Positions 41,304-50,167 of a stretch of 64,000 nucleotides of DNA are shown here, one piece after another; position 1 is the first letter of the stretch, and the number at the start of each line of letters is the position of its first letter. The position numbers and the translations under genes were made by a program. The DNA is taken from the NCBI GenBank assembly GCA_033763455.1, contig JANRKO010000023.1, positions 192,001 through 256,000 of the forward strand. Reading direction: 5' to 3'. This stretch comes from Polyangiaceae bacterium (GTDB lineage Bacteria > Myxococcota_A > Polyangia > Polyangiales > Polyangiaceae). The notes below the pieces were generated by a model. It was not told where the DNA came from, made no database searches, and worked only from the letters and a program-made list of their open reading frames with translations.

Positions 41304-42144
41304 CCCCGGCCCCAACATCGCCGAAACTATATTTCGGGATGTTCGCAGGCAGATCCTGGTGGGAACGCTCGCCGCGGGGGAGCGCCTGCCAGGCGAGCGC
41401 GAACTCGCGGCGCAATACAAAACGAACAGAAATACGCTGCGCGAGGCCGTACGCAAGCTGGAGCAAAGCCGCCTTGTAACCGTGCGGCATGGTCAAGGCG
41501 TCACGGTTTCCAGCTTTCGGGTCACCGGCACGATGGACCTGCTTTCCCCATTCTTGGAGACGGCCCCTGACCTCGGGGAGGTTGTCCGCCTGCTTGAAGA
41601 CATCCTTCCGGCGCGGCTTCTCGTCATTGAGTTTGCGGCCCGCCTTGCCGTCAGTCGAGCAACCAAGTCAGATATCGAACGGTTGCGTGACATAACGGAT
41701 CTGTTGATTGCCGCATTTGAACGTGGTGACCGCGTGGTCATCGCTCACGGGTTTCAACGCTGGTTGGAAACGGTGGTGGATGCGGGGCATTCGGTGGCCA
41801 TCCGCTGGGTGGCCAATCCGTGGCTTGAATCCTACCGAGACCTGCTAGATCGCTTTCCCGTTTTGTGGGTTTTGGAGCCAAGCTTTCCAGAGCATCTCCG
41901 CGAGTTTCTAATTGCGCTGGAACAGGGCGACGAACTCAAGGCGGTTGGCGTGCTCCGCCTTTATTACCAACGCGTGGACTCTGCATTCATACAGGCATTG
42001 AACAGCGCGATGTCCATGCGCGTCAGCACGCCCCCGCCCCCGGAGCCCGTGAACACCGGCGCCCCGCCACAAGACATTGGGGAAGGCATCCCCGACGATG
42101 CCAGCCAACTAAAACCGCCGAAGCGACCAGCGAAATCACGCTAG
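41284..42144 (+). CDS. GntR/FadR-family transcriptional regulator
   Basis: GERLPGERELAAQYKTNRNTLREAVRKLEQSRLVTVRHGQG. Confidence 0.9.
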   Translation: MPRSKVSPGPNIAETIFRDVRRQILVGTLAAGERLPGERELAAQYKTNRNTLREAVRKLEQSRLVTVRHGQGVTVSSFRVTGTMDLLSPFLETAPDLGEVVRLLEDILPARLLVIEFAARLAVSRATKSDIERLRDITDLLIAAFERGDRVVIAHGFQRWLETVVDAGHSVAIRWVANPWLESYRDLLDRFPVLWVLEPSFPEHLREFLIALEQGDELKAVGVLRLYYQRVDSAFIQALNSAMSMRVSTPPPPEPVNTGAPPQDIGEGIPDDASQLKPPKRPAKSR

Positions 42145-42222
42145 AGCCCAAGGAGCAATACCCTCCGGGATGTCCCCCACCCGGGCTAGGTTCCCGCTGA
42201 CTCCCGTGTGCCCCTTCCAAAG

Positions 42223-42251
42223 TTGCACGGTTGTTTCATAACGCCCATAAT
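42223..42251 (+). promoter_or_regulatory. Sigma70-like promoter for the metallophosphoesterase gene
   Basis: TTGCAC-17 nt-CATAAT. Confidence 0.55.
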
Positions 42252-42342
42252 GCTGTAACGGGGTGTTGATAACTTGGGGATATACGATGTGAGTTGACGT
42301 CCGTCGGGCGGGTCTCGCCGGAGAAACATCGAGGACATTCCC

Positions 42343-43053
42343 ATGAAGATTGCCGTCATATCCGACCTCCACCTGGGCGTAGGCGACGCATCGGACCGCT
42401 TCGGCCACGACCAAAACCGGTTTCTCACGTTCCTCCAGTTCCTGGAGGACAACTTCGAAAAGATCGTGCTTTTGGGGGATATTTGGGACCCCCACACGGC
42501 GCCGCAACGCACCGGCGCCAAGGAGGGGCTGAGGCTCTGCCGGGAATCCCATCTTCCCATCAGTCAGCGTTTTGAAAAACCACAATACCACTATGTGCAC
42601 GGCAACCACGATCTTGCCGCCGCCAAGCTTGAAAATGCTCCCGGCAAGCTCACCATCGAAGCGCACGGCCTCAGATTGCTGTTCGCACATGGCCATGAAC
42701 ATGACGTCTTTTTGAGCCGCGCCCCTTGGCTTGCGGATTTTGGCGTGTGGCTTGGGGCCTGGCTGCTCAGGCTGGGCCTTTCCAGCGTATATTCCTTCTT
42801 CGACCATCTGGACGCGGTGCGTTCGGGAGTCTCCAGCAGCGCCGCTGCCTGCACGTTTCAAAAGTGGGCGGTCACAGCCGCTCGTCAACACCAGGCCGAT
42901 GTTATCGTTACCGGACACACTCACCTGCCCGTCCGCGCGGAACACGACGACGTTGTGTTCCTGAACAGTGGCTCTTGCACAAAAGGCCGCTTCAACTTTG
43001 CGGCCCTGGATACGGCTCAAAACGATTTTCTCATCCAGCACGCCTGGGCTTGA
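42343..43053 (+). CDS. Calcineurin-like metallophosphoesterase (LpxH-like)
   Basis: SDLHLG, LGDIWD, GNHD, HGH and GHTH. Confidence 0.88.
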   Translation: MKIAVISDLHLGVGDASDRFGHDQNRFLTFLQFLEDNFEKIVLLGDIWDPHTAPQRTGAKEGLRLCRESHLPISQRFEKPQYHYVHGNHDLAAAKLENAPGKLTIEAHGLRLLFAHGHEHDVFLSRAPWLADFGVWLGAWLLRLGLSSVYSFFDHLDAVRSGVSSSAAACTFQKWAVTAARQHQADVIVTGHTHLPVRAEHDDVVFLNSGSCTKGRFNFAALDTAQNDFLIQHAWA

Positions 43054-43076
43054 TGCACCCGACCGTTGCTAGCCTC

Positions 43077-44462
43077 CTAGTCGATAGTGGGACCAGGAAC
43101 CGATTTGAGCAGCGACAATCGGGGGGCATGAGCGGTTGAAATCACCTGAGACTCCGAGCGTGCGCCAATGGCCTCCAGGATCTGGTAGAGCCCAAAGTTG
43201 GGCATTCGCGTGAAGCCGTTCCATGCAGCGGCAGCCAGGGTACCGTCTTTCAGCCAATCTTTGATCCACTCACCCGCGAACCGCGCCTGGCGTTGCTTGA
43301 GACCCGCGCCCAGCTCGCGCGACCAACGACGATTGTATTGCTCGTGAGTTCCCACCGGTGACGAGAAGATAATGGGCAACCCCAACCCACCAAAAAAGGT
43401 CATCTCGCTCGGCTTGGTCCACAGAATATCCGTTCGGCCCAGGACGCGGTTAAAGCTTGCGAGGTAACTCTTGAAGTCGGGCTCATACAGGATCTCGATC
43501 GGTGCACCCTCTTTGCCGAGGCTTCGGCTCAGGCCACTTTCACGAACGGCATCGGCAAGTTCGCGAGCCACCTGTTGGCGGATCCCCGCAACGAGATTGA
43601 GCTTGAGCCGCCCTTCTGCCAAGAGGCCACGCAAAGACTGGAGGAATTCCCGAGCAAGGCCGACCTGCGCTCCCGCGCCCCCTACGGCGAAGGTCAAATG
43701 TACGGTTGTATCTTCCACTGGATCCGGCAACGGCCCGAGAAAGTGCGAGATAGCGTGGCGAAGATCGCCACGAAAAACTCCAGAAGGATCCAGCCGCACC
43801 AAACGGGCCGCAAGGTTGCGCTTAAGGATCGAAAGATCGGTGCCCCCCAAAAGCTCCTGTGGCAAGGGGAAGCCCGTTACCAAAATCCGCTCTTCTGGCA
43901 CGCCATAAGCACGGAGCCTGCGGCGAGTGCGAGGAGTTGGCACGAGGTAGTTAATCCGCGTGTTTTTCGCGTCCATCGGTGCCCATACGCGATTGATGTC
44001 GGCATCGGTCACGATGCAGAAGATCTTGTCGTACCCCAAGCGGTCAGCCGCGATCGCTGGCATGAAGAAGGTAGTTACCAGCGTCTTGTTGCCGCCCTCC
44101 AAATAATCCACAAGGCTTGAGCCAAGGCCTTTTTGAATTAGCTTATCGAGCACCCAAGTTCCGCCGCTCGCTTTGGACTGATCACGTTCGGCGTAGAGAT
44201 CGGCAATGTCGGTGAGGCTCTCCAGCATCGTTCGAAATGGAGTACCCACCAGCGGGAGCTGCGAGGCGCGCGAGATGCTTTCGTAATAACGCCTTACGTA
44301 GGACCAGAGAGCGCCGTCTTTTTCGGTGGCAACCGGAGGGCGATCAGCCTGGAGCACCTCCGCTTGTAGAGCTTCGGCTAGGGCGTGTGCCGGGCGCAGG
44401 TGCCCGTACCCCATATCAATGGCAACGACTGCAAACGGTGATTCGGTAGGAAAGGAGTTCAC
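43077..44462 (-). CDS. GT-B-fold glycosyltransferase-like protein (MGDG-synthase-like)
   Basis: DMGYGHLRPA, IVTDAD, LVTGFPL, VGGAG and WTKPSE. Confidence 0.65.
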   Translation of the reverse strand: MNSFPTESPFAVVAIDMGYGHLRPAHALAEALQAEVLQADRPPVATEKDGALWSYVRRYYESISRASQLPLVGTPFRTMLESLTDIADLYAERDQSKASGGTWVLDKLIQKGLGSSLVDYLEGGNKTLVTTFFMPAIAADRLGYDKIFCIVTDADINRVWAPMDAKNTRINYLVPTPRTRRRLRAYGVPEERILVTGFPLPQELLGGTDLSILKRNLAARLVRLDPSGVFRGDLRHAISHFLGPLPDPVEDTTVHLTFAVGGAGAQVGLAREFLQSLRGLLAEGRLKLNLVAGIRQQVARELADAVRESGLSRSLGKEGAPIEILYEPDFKSYLASFNRVLGRTDILWTKPSEMTFFGGLGLPIIFSSPVGTHEQYNRRWSRELGAGLKQRQARFAGEWIKDWLKDGTLAAAAWNGFTRMPNFGLYQILEAIGARSESQVISTAHAPRLSLLKSVPGPTID

Positions 44463-45661
44463 GCTGGGTCGGCCGCCAGACTCTCTTTAGCTGGTCGCGA
44501 GAGCTGACTGCCAGGGCCGATCAGGATGATGTTTCCTCGCCAATTCACCGAGCGCTTGAAAAGCCCGACAAACCACACGCCGGCAATCAACAAGTCTTTC
44601 ACGGGGATCAGCAAGAACTGCCGAAATGCAAGGCCGCCACGGCGCAAGCTGCGAGCCATGGCTTGGTCCGAAAGGCACTTTACGGACACAAATATTGCGG
44701 AAAGGCTCACCAAATGGCCGAAGCTCACGGGAGCCCCAAAGCTTGCCGCTACCCAAACCCAAAACAGCCACGCGATAGGGTTTGAGGTCGATTCGCACAC
44801 GTACGCCTTGAGCGACACCCGGCGGCGCATTTGAGCCCACCGAACGTGCCGGTTGATAAAGCTTTCAAGCGTTCGCTCTTCATTGCGAACCTCTAACGGC
44901 TGCATACACAGCTTCACCCCCACACCATGGTCGCGCGCAAGCTGGCCCAACATGTAATCTTCCGCCAAAACGTTTTCGACAGCACGCCAACCGCCCATTT
45001 TTTGAAGCAGCTGCTTGTGGAACAAGACGGACTTGCCAATAACGCAATTATGCCGAGCAAATGCCGCGCCCCAGATCATCGAGGCCACGAAGGTGTTCAT
45101 GTGAATGCTCTCGAAGCTGGCTCCCAACGTGCGCTCCCCAGCCCCAACAAGATTGCTGTGCACTAGGCCCGCCTTCTCCCCATCCCACTCACTCACCATG
45201 CGCCTTAGGTAGTCCGCTTCAGGCACCACATCCGCGTCAGAAATCAACCAAAGCTCATGCTTGGCCTGACGAGACATGAACGCAAGGTTGTTCACTTTAG
45301 GATTGAGCCCGATCGCCGGAGCCCCGATAAGTACGCGCACCTGGAGCGCTGGGTGATTCCGCTGAAAGCGACGCACCACCGGTATGGCTGGGTCCGAGGG
45401 GTCTTCAATGCCGAGCAACAATTCGAACTTGGGGTAATCCTGCCGTGCAAAAGCCGCCAGGTTAGCCTCCAACGAGACATCTGCACCCTTGATGGGCTTT
45501 AGGATACTCACGCCCGGCAGCTGCGCCCGCTGGGCGATCGCCGACCGACGAGCTCGTCTAATGGCCAGGCTTGCAGTGAACTGAACGACGACTAACGCCG
45601 CCAACGACCCCAAGGCTAGTACAGAGACAATCCAGAAGAGCGAGTGAGCAATGGTCAACAC
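44459..45661 (-). CDS. Ceramide glucosyltransferase / HpnI family (GT21)
   Basis: VSILKPIKG, GLNPKVNNL, SDAD, LAEDY and RHVRW. Confidence 0.85.
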   Translation of the reverse strand: MLTIAHSLFWIVSVLALGSLAALVVVQFTASLAIRRARRSAIAQRAQLPGVSILKPIKGADVSLEANLAAFARQDYPKFELLLGIEDPSDPAIPVVRRFQRNHPALQVRVLIGAPAIGLNPKVNNLAFMSRQAKHELWLISDADVVPEADYLRRMVSEWDGEKAGLVHSNLVGAGERTLGASFESIHMNTFVASMIWGAAFARHNCVIGKSVLFHKQLLQKMGGWRAVENVLAEDYMLGQLARDHGVGVKLCMQPLEVRNEERTLESFINRHVRWAQMRRRVSLKAYVCESTSNPIAWLFWVWVAASFGAPVSFGHLVSLSAIFVSVKCLSDQAMARSLRRGGLAFRQFLLIPVKDLLIAGVWFVGLFKRSVNWRGNIILIGPGSQLSRPAKESLAADPA

Positions 45662-45841
45662 GACACCTTGGGGATGAACTGTGGACGACCATAATGGCGG
45701 ATGGATGACAAGCGTGAATCATTTGTTCGTCAAGCCATCTCTTCACAGAAACATAAGTAATTTTAGGAACTTACGAACAGCTCCCCGCCGACCCACGGCA
45801 CCCACTGGGCCCTCCCCCTGCCAACTCCTTACGCCTCCGCC

Positions 45842-47131
45842 CTACTTGATGACGCTGACCACCGTGGCGCAGCCGCCAAAAACCTCAACCTGAGGCGACG
45901 GATCGGCCTTGATGGTTGCGCAAGTTTGCGAGCAGAGGACGATTTCGTTACCGGCGGCGCTGTATTGCCAACCATCCGTGCAACCTGGGGCGTCGTTGCG
46001 GGAGATAATCGCAGCGTTTGTAGCGACTCCGCCAGGTGTGTACACGAGGTTCACCTTGTTGGGATCCGCAGCTTGCCCGGGGGGCGGAGTAGGAACGGGG
46101 TAATTGCAGGATACAACCTGGCCCACAATGGCACTCAGAGCTGACGTTAACCCGGAGGCGAAGTCCGGTGCCGTGGTCATGTCGAAGTGGCAATAGGTTG
46201 GCCCCACACTTGAACACCCAGGGGTCCCGGTACCACCAGCCTGTGCCGCGTCTGAAAGCCAAGCCCGTTCAGTCTGACTGCCGGGGACACCTACGACGAA
46301 GGTTCCGATGCCGGCAGCTTTGGCGGCTGCCACCTCAGCCACCAGCGCAGCCGTGTTGGGAGCTTTATCGGGCTGCCCCCGACCTCCGTCCAAGCTAACA
46401 CAACCGAGATCGAAGGTAGGGGTACCATCCGTAATCAGAAGCATGAAAGGCTTACCCTTCAAGGTTGTCTTCTGAAGCTCGCCGAGCCCAAAGTGATAAG
46501 CATCATGCGTGGGCGTCGAGCCGCTCACCCTCTGGTCTCGAATTCGACTGGCCAGCGTCATCCGTGCAGGCGATGCTGAGGGCCCAAGAGGCATGATCGG
46601 TAGAGCATCGTTCGTTGAGATGCAGGACGTGGCCCCCGAACCTCCACCAAAGCTCTCACGATTCGGGTAGAAGAACACTCCGAGCGCAGTTTCAGAGGCC
46701 AAAGAGTCGATTGCCTTATTAAGGGCCGGCGCGGTGAGATCCCATTTGCTCATGCCAGGGGGCGGATCGTTGCGATTGTCAGTCCCGTCCCCCATCGAGC
46801 CACTGGTATCCACAACGAGCTCCAACACCGCCGGCAAAGCCTCCGTTTTTGCCTGCCACTGGCCGCAGGCACCGCTACGCAACATCTCTAGGCCCCCATT
46901 CGCTAAATCTACCGGCGGTGCAGTGGTTGGGGCTGCGCCCACATCAACGTTGATCATCGGCACATTCGCCGACGTGGTGGTAGCCGAGCCCGAAGGACCA
47001 GGAGTTGCATCCGTGCCCATCGGCGAAGGTGAAAGGATTTTGGCGGAGCCGTTACCCCCATCGACGGTGTTTCCGCAGGCCGAAAGGGCAGCCAAAGCAA
47101 CAAAAGACAAAACGACAGGCTGAGTACGCAT
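45842..47131 (-). CDS. VWA-domain lipoprotein
   Basis: Lipobox LSAC; MIDAS DTSGSM; LITDG; Cys-rich C-terminus. Confidence 0.85.
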   Translation of the reverse strand: MRTQPVVLSFVALAALSACGNTVDGGNGSAKILSPSPMGTDATPGPSGSATTTSANVPMINVDVGAAPTTAPPVDLANGGLEMLRSGACGQWQAKTEALPAVLELVVDTSGSMGDGTDNRNDPPPGMSKWDLTAPALNKAIDSLASETALGVFFYPNRESFGGGSGATSCISTNDALPIMPLGPSASPARMTLASRIRDQRVSGSTPTHDAYHFGLGELQKTTLKGKPFMLLITDGTPTFDLGCVSLDGGRGQPDKAPNTAALVAEVAAAKAAGIGTFVVGVPGSQTERAWLSDAAQAGGTGTPGCSSVGPTYCHFDMTTAPDFASGLTSALSAIVGQVVSCNYPVPTPPPGQAADPNKVNLVYTPGGVATNAAIISRNDAPGCTDGWQYSAAGNEIVLCSQTCATIKADPSPQVEVFGGCATVVSVIK

Positions 47132-47434
47132 TGTGGGTACCTTTCCAGAGGAGTTTGAAATTTCTGCGGAGGACCTGAAACGGCCACATACCGCGGGGTG
47201 CACGTAGATGTACCAGGTACGCGCCTATTGTCCAAGCGAGAACTTACACGCGACCACTTCAGCGCCTGGGTGTTTCTTTAACACCGAAACGGCTCAAGGA
47301 TAGTTGGGGTGTATATTTCTGTCTTAGCTCGCTGCGATTCTTTGCGCACAGCAATAATGCATTGGTGCTCGCCACGCACAATGATCGGGCCTGGACACAC
47401 CTTTGCGACGGCGGCGAGGGTTGAGTGCGATGCG

Positions 47435-48460
47435 CTAGATGCTGATAAGCCCCTTGAGGCAACGCGCGTCGGGCTCCATCCATTCGGGCAACACTTGGGG
47501 AGCTTGCTCGATCGTCGCGCGGTGCGTGACCCAGCGCCCGACATCCACGCGCCGTTGCTCCATCAGGCCAATAATGGTCGCGAAGTCGTCCGAGGCTGCG
47601 TTTCGACTCCCCATGACGGTGAGTTCGCGTTTGTGGAACTCGGGATCCGAAAATGTGAGCTCTCCCTTAAAAAGACCCACAAACACCAAGCGCCCGCCGT
47701 GGCACGGGTACAGGAATGCGCTAGCCATGCTCTTCGCGTTGCCTGAAGCGTCGAACACGACCGTAGGCAAATCTCCCCCAAAAAATGATTTAAGCCGCTC
47801 CTGGTTCTCTTCCAAGCTTGCGCCCGGCTCGGCAGTGTTTTCTACGCCCAATAGCTCGCGGCACAGGCGGAGCCGCTCTGGGCTCGTGTCCAACACGGCA
47901 ACTTTAGCTCCGCTGGCTTTCACAAACTGCAACGTTGCGAGACCAATCGGGCCTGCCCCGATCACGAGCACGGTGTCATCACTTTGCACGTTGGCCCTTG
48001 CCACGGCGTGAGCACCAATTCCTAAGGGTTCAACAAGCGCCAGCTCCTCAAATGTTAGGGAGCTAGACTTATGAACATTGCTCGCAGGGACCAAATATTC
48101 GGAACGCAGCGCCCCATCCGCATGCACACCCAACACGGAGATCTTTTCACAGCAATTGGGTTTGCCGCGCCGACACGCAATGCAATGCCCGCAGCTCACG
48201 TAAGGCTTTACTGCACAACGATCGCCCGGCGCAACGTTCGTAACTGAGGAACCCACCTCCACAACTTCCACTGCGGCTTCGTGGCCTAAGATCCGCGGGT
48301 ACGAGAAGAATGGCTGCTGCCCGCGGTACGCGTGGTAGTCGGTACCGCACACCCCTACGACTTTGACCCGCACACGCACCATGCCGGAGCCTGGGTCGGG
48401 CTGCACGGTGTCCTGTTCGCAGATTAAGAGGCCTGGCTTTTGAAGAACGAGCGTCGTCAT
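47435..48460 (-). CDS. Zn-dependent alcohol dehydrogenase (YjjN/LgoD-like sugar-acid dehydrogenase)
   Basis: GVCGTD, GHE, CGHCIACRRGKPNCC, GAGPIG and FHKRELTVMGSRNA. Confidence 0.9.
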   Translation of the reverse strand: MTTLVLQKPGLLICEQDTVQPDPGSGMVRVRVKVVGVCGTDYHAYRGQQPFFSYPRILGHEAAVEVVEVGSSVTNVAPGDRCAVKPYVSCGHCIACRRGKPNCCEKISVLGVHADGALRSEYLVPASNVHKSSSLTFEELALVEPLGIGAHAVARANVQSDDTVLVIGAGPIGLATLQFVKASGAKVAVLDTSPERLRLCRELLGVENTAEPGASLEENQERLKSFFGGDLPTVVFDASGNAKSMASAFLYPCHGGRLVFVGLFKGELTFSDPEFHKRELTVMGSRNAASDDFATIIGLMEQRRVDVGRWVTHRATIEQAPQVLPEWMEPDARCLKGLISI

Positions 48461-48487
48461 GCGCGGAGGCTACCCTACCAGTGAGCA

Positions 48488-49189
48488 ATGTCGACGCGAC
48501 GATTTCGTCAATCCTCCGCCAATTCGCCGCTCACCTTTGGCCGAGCCGGAGGAATTTTGGCCTACAACGGCGGCCGGCTTACGTCCCGACCCAGGCGGGG
48601 TAGTATCACTGGCCTGAGCGTGCCCATAAGCAGACGAAATTCTAACTCTGGCGGGAAGAAGCCCGAGCTCCCGTTAACCCTGCCGAAGGGCAAGCTGGAA
48701 GAGTATGCAATGGGCTATCTTAATCGCTTCGACGCAACTCGACACAAGTTAGCATCCGTGCTCACGAGCTACATCCAACGCCACGTTGCCGCCGACGGGC
48801 GCGATGCAGCCATGGCGGAAGCGGCCGCGATGCTCGATCGCTACGAAGCCAATGGCATCCTCAGCGACCAACGATTTTCCACCAACCACGCCCGCTCCCT
48901 CCATCAGCGGGGCAGCTCGCGGCAAAAAACGGTACAGAAGCTCCGGATGCGCGGGGTGGCGCCCGAGGTTATTCAGGCCAGCTTGGACGCCTTGGAGAGC
49001 GAGCAGCCCGGGGGGGACCTCGCCGCAGCTCTGATTTACGTGAAAAAAAGGCGGCTAGGTCCCCACCGGCGCTCCGATGAAGAGCGTCAGGCTGCCCGGC
49101 ACAAGGACCTCGCGTCCCTTGCGCGGCAGGGCTTCAGCCTCGACGTCGCGCGCCGTGCCCTTGCGACCACCGACGACGACGTGTTCTAA
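48488..49189 (+). CDS. recX: RecX regulatory protein (true start probably further downstream)
   Basis: AMGYLNRF, ILSDQRFS, RGSSRQKTVQKLRMRGV, KRRLGP and LARQGFS. Confidence 0.8.
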   Translation: MSTRRFRQSSANSPLTFGRAGGILAYNGGRLTSRPRRGSITGLSVPISRRNSNSGGKKPELPLTLPKGKLEEYAMGYLNRFDATRHKLASVLTSYIQRHVAADGRDAAMAEAAAMLDRYEANGILSDQRFSTNHARSLHQRGSSRQKTVQKLRMRGVAPEVIQASLDALESEQPGGDLAAALIYVKKRRLGPHRRSDEERQAARHKDLASLARQGFSLDVARRALATTDDDVF

Positions 49190-49198
49190 GAACGGAAC

Positions 49199-50161
49199 AT
49201 GCCGCTTTCGTGGGTGCTGTTTCTCGCGCTGATTGTAGCCCTCCTGGTGTTGGATCTGTTCGTCCTCCACCGGCGCGCTCATGTTATTCGCCTTCGTGAG
49301 GCCGCCCTACTCAGCGTAGGTTGGGTAACGCTGGGCCTTAGCTTCTCCGGATTGGTGTACGCAGCGTATGCCTACAACTGGTTCGGAGTTGTGCCCGGGC
49401 AAGCCGCCCCCTCGGATGCCGCAATCCAGTACCTCACGGGTTACCTGCTCGAAAAATCCTTGAGTGTTGACAACATTTTTGTCATCGCGATGTTGTTCAC
49501 CTCGCTCAAAGTGCCGCCCCAGTATCGGCATCGCATCCTGTATTGGGGTATCTTGGGTGCCATCATCCTGCGCGGTATCATGATTCTTGGAGGCTCATGG
49601 CTAATCACCCGGTTCGATTGGCTGTTTTACTTGTTTGGCTTGTATCTCGCTTACACCGGCATCAAGCTGCTCAAACCTGAAGCTGGCGAGGTTGATGCGG
49701 ATTCGAGCGCGTTGCTGCGCCTAGCAAGGCGAATATTGCCCATCGCGAAAGAAGAGCATGGAGGGAGCTTCCTTTCGCGCGAAGGCGGCCGCATTGTTGT
49801 CACGCAGCTGGGCTTGGCTCTCCTGGCTATTGAAGCTACTGACGTGATTTTCGCGCTCGATTCCATCCCCGCGGTGTTCTCCGTCACCACCGACCCATTC
49901 ATTGTTTTTACATCCAATATCTTTGCGATTTTGGGCCTGCGCTCGCTCTACTTCATCTTGGTATCCATGCTCGATCGCTTCCGCCACCTGAAGGTCGCCC
50001 TAGCGTTCATCTTGGTGTTCATTGGCGCCAAAATGCTGCTTCACGATGCCGTCGATATCGGGAACCTTGTATCCCTCGGGGTGATAGCCGGGGCCCTTAT
50101 GGTGGGCATCTTGTCGTCGATCCTCGTGCCACCCCCCCCTCACGTGGGCGAAGGCCAGTAG
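49199..50161 (+). CDS. terC: TerC/Alx family membrane protein
   Basis: YLLEKSLSVDNIFV, FALDSIPAV and SNIFAILGLRSLYF. Confidence 0.92.
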   Translation: MPLSWVLFLALIVALLVLDLFVLHRRAHVIRLREAALLSVGWVTLGLSFSGLVYAAYAYNWFGVVPGQAAPSDAAIQYLTGYLLEKSLSVDNIFVIAMLFTSLKVPPQYRHRILYWGILGAIILRGIMILGGSWLITRFDWLFYLFGLYLAYTGIKLLKPEAGEVDADSSALLRLARRILPIAKEEHGGSFLSREGGRIVVTQLGLALLAIEATDVIFALDSIPAVFSVTTDPFIVFTSNIFAILGLRSLYFILVSMLDRFRHLKVALAFILVFIGAKMLLHDAVDIGNLVSLGVIAGALMVGILSSILVPPPPHVGEGQ

Positions 50162-50167
50162 CGCGCC

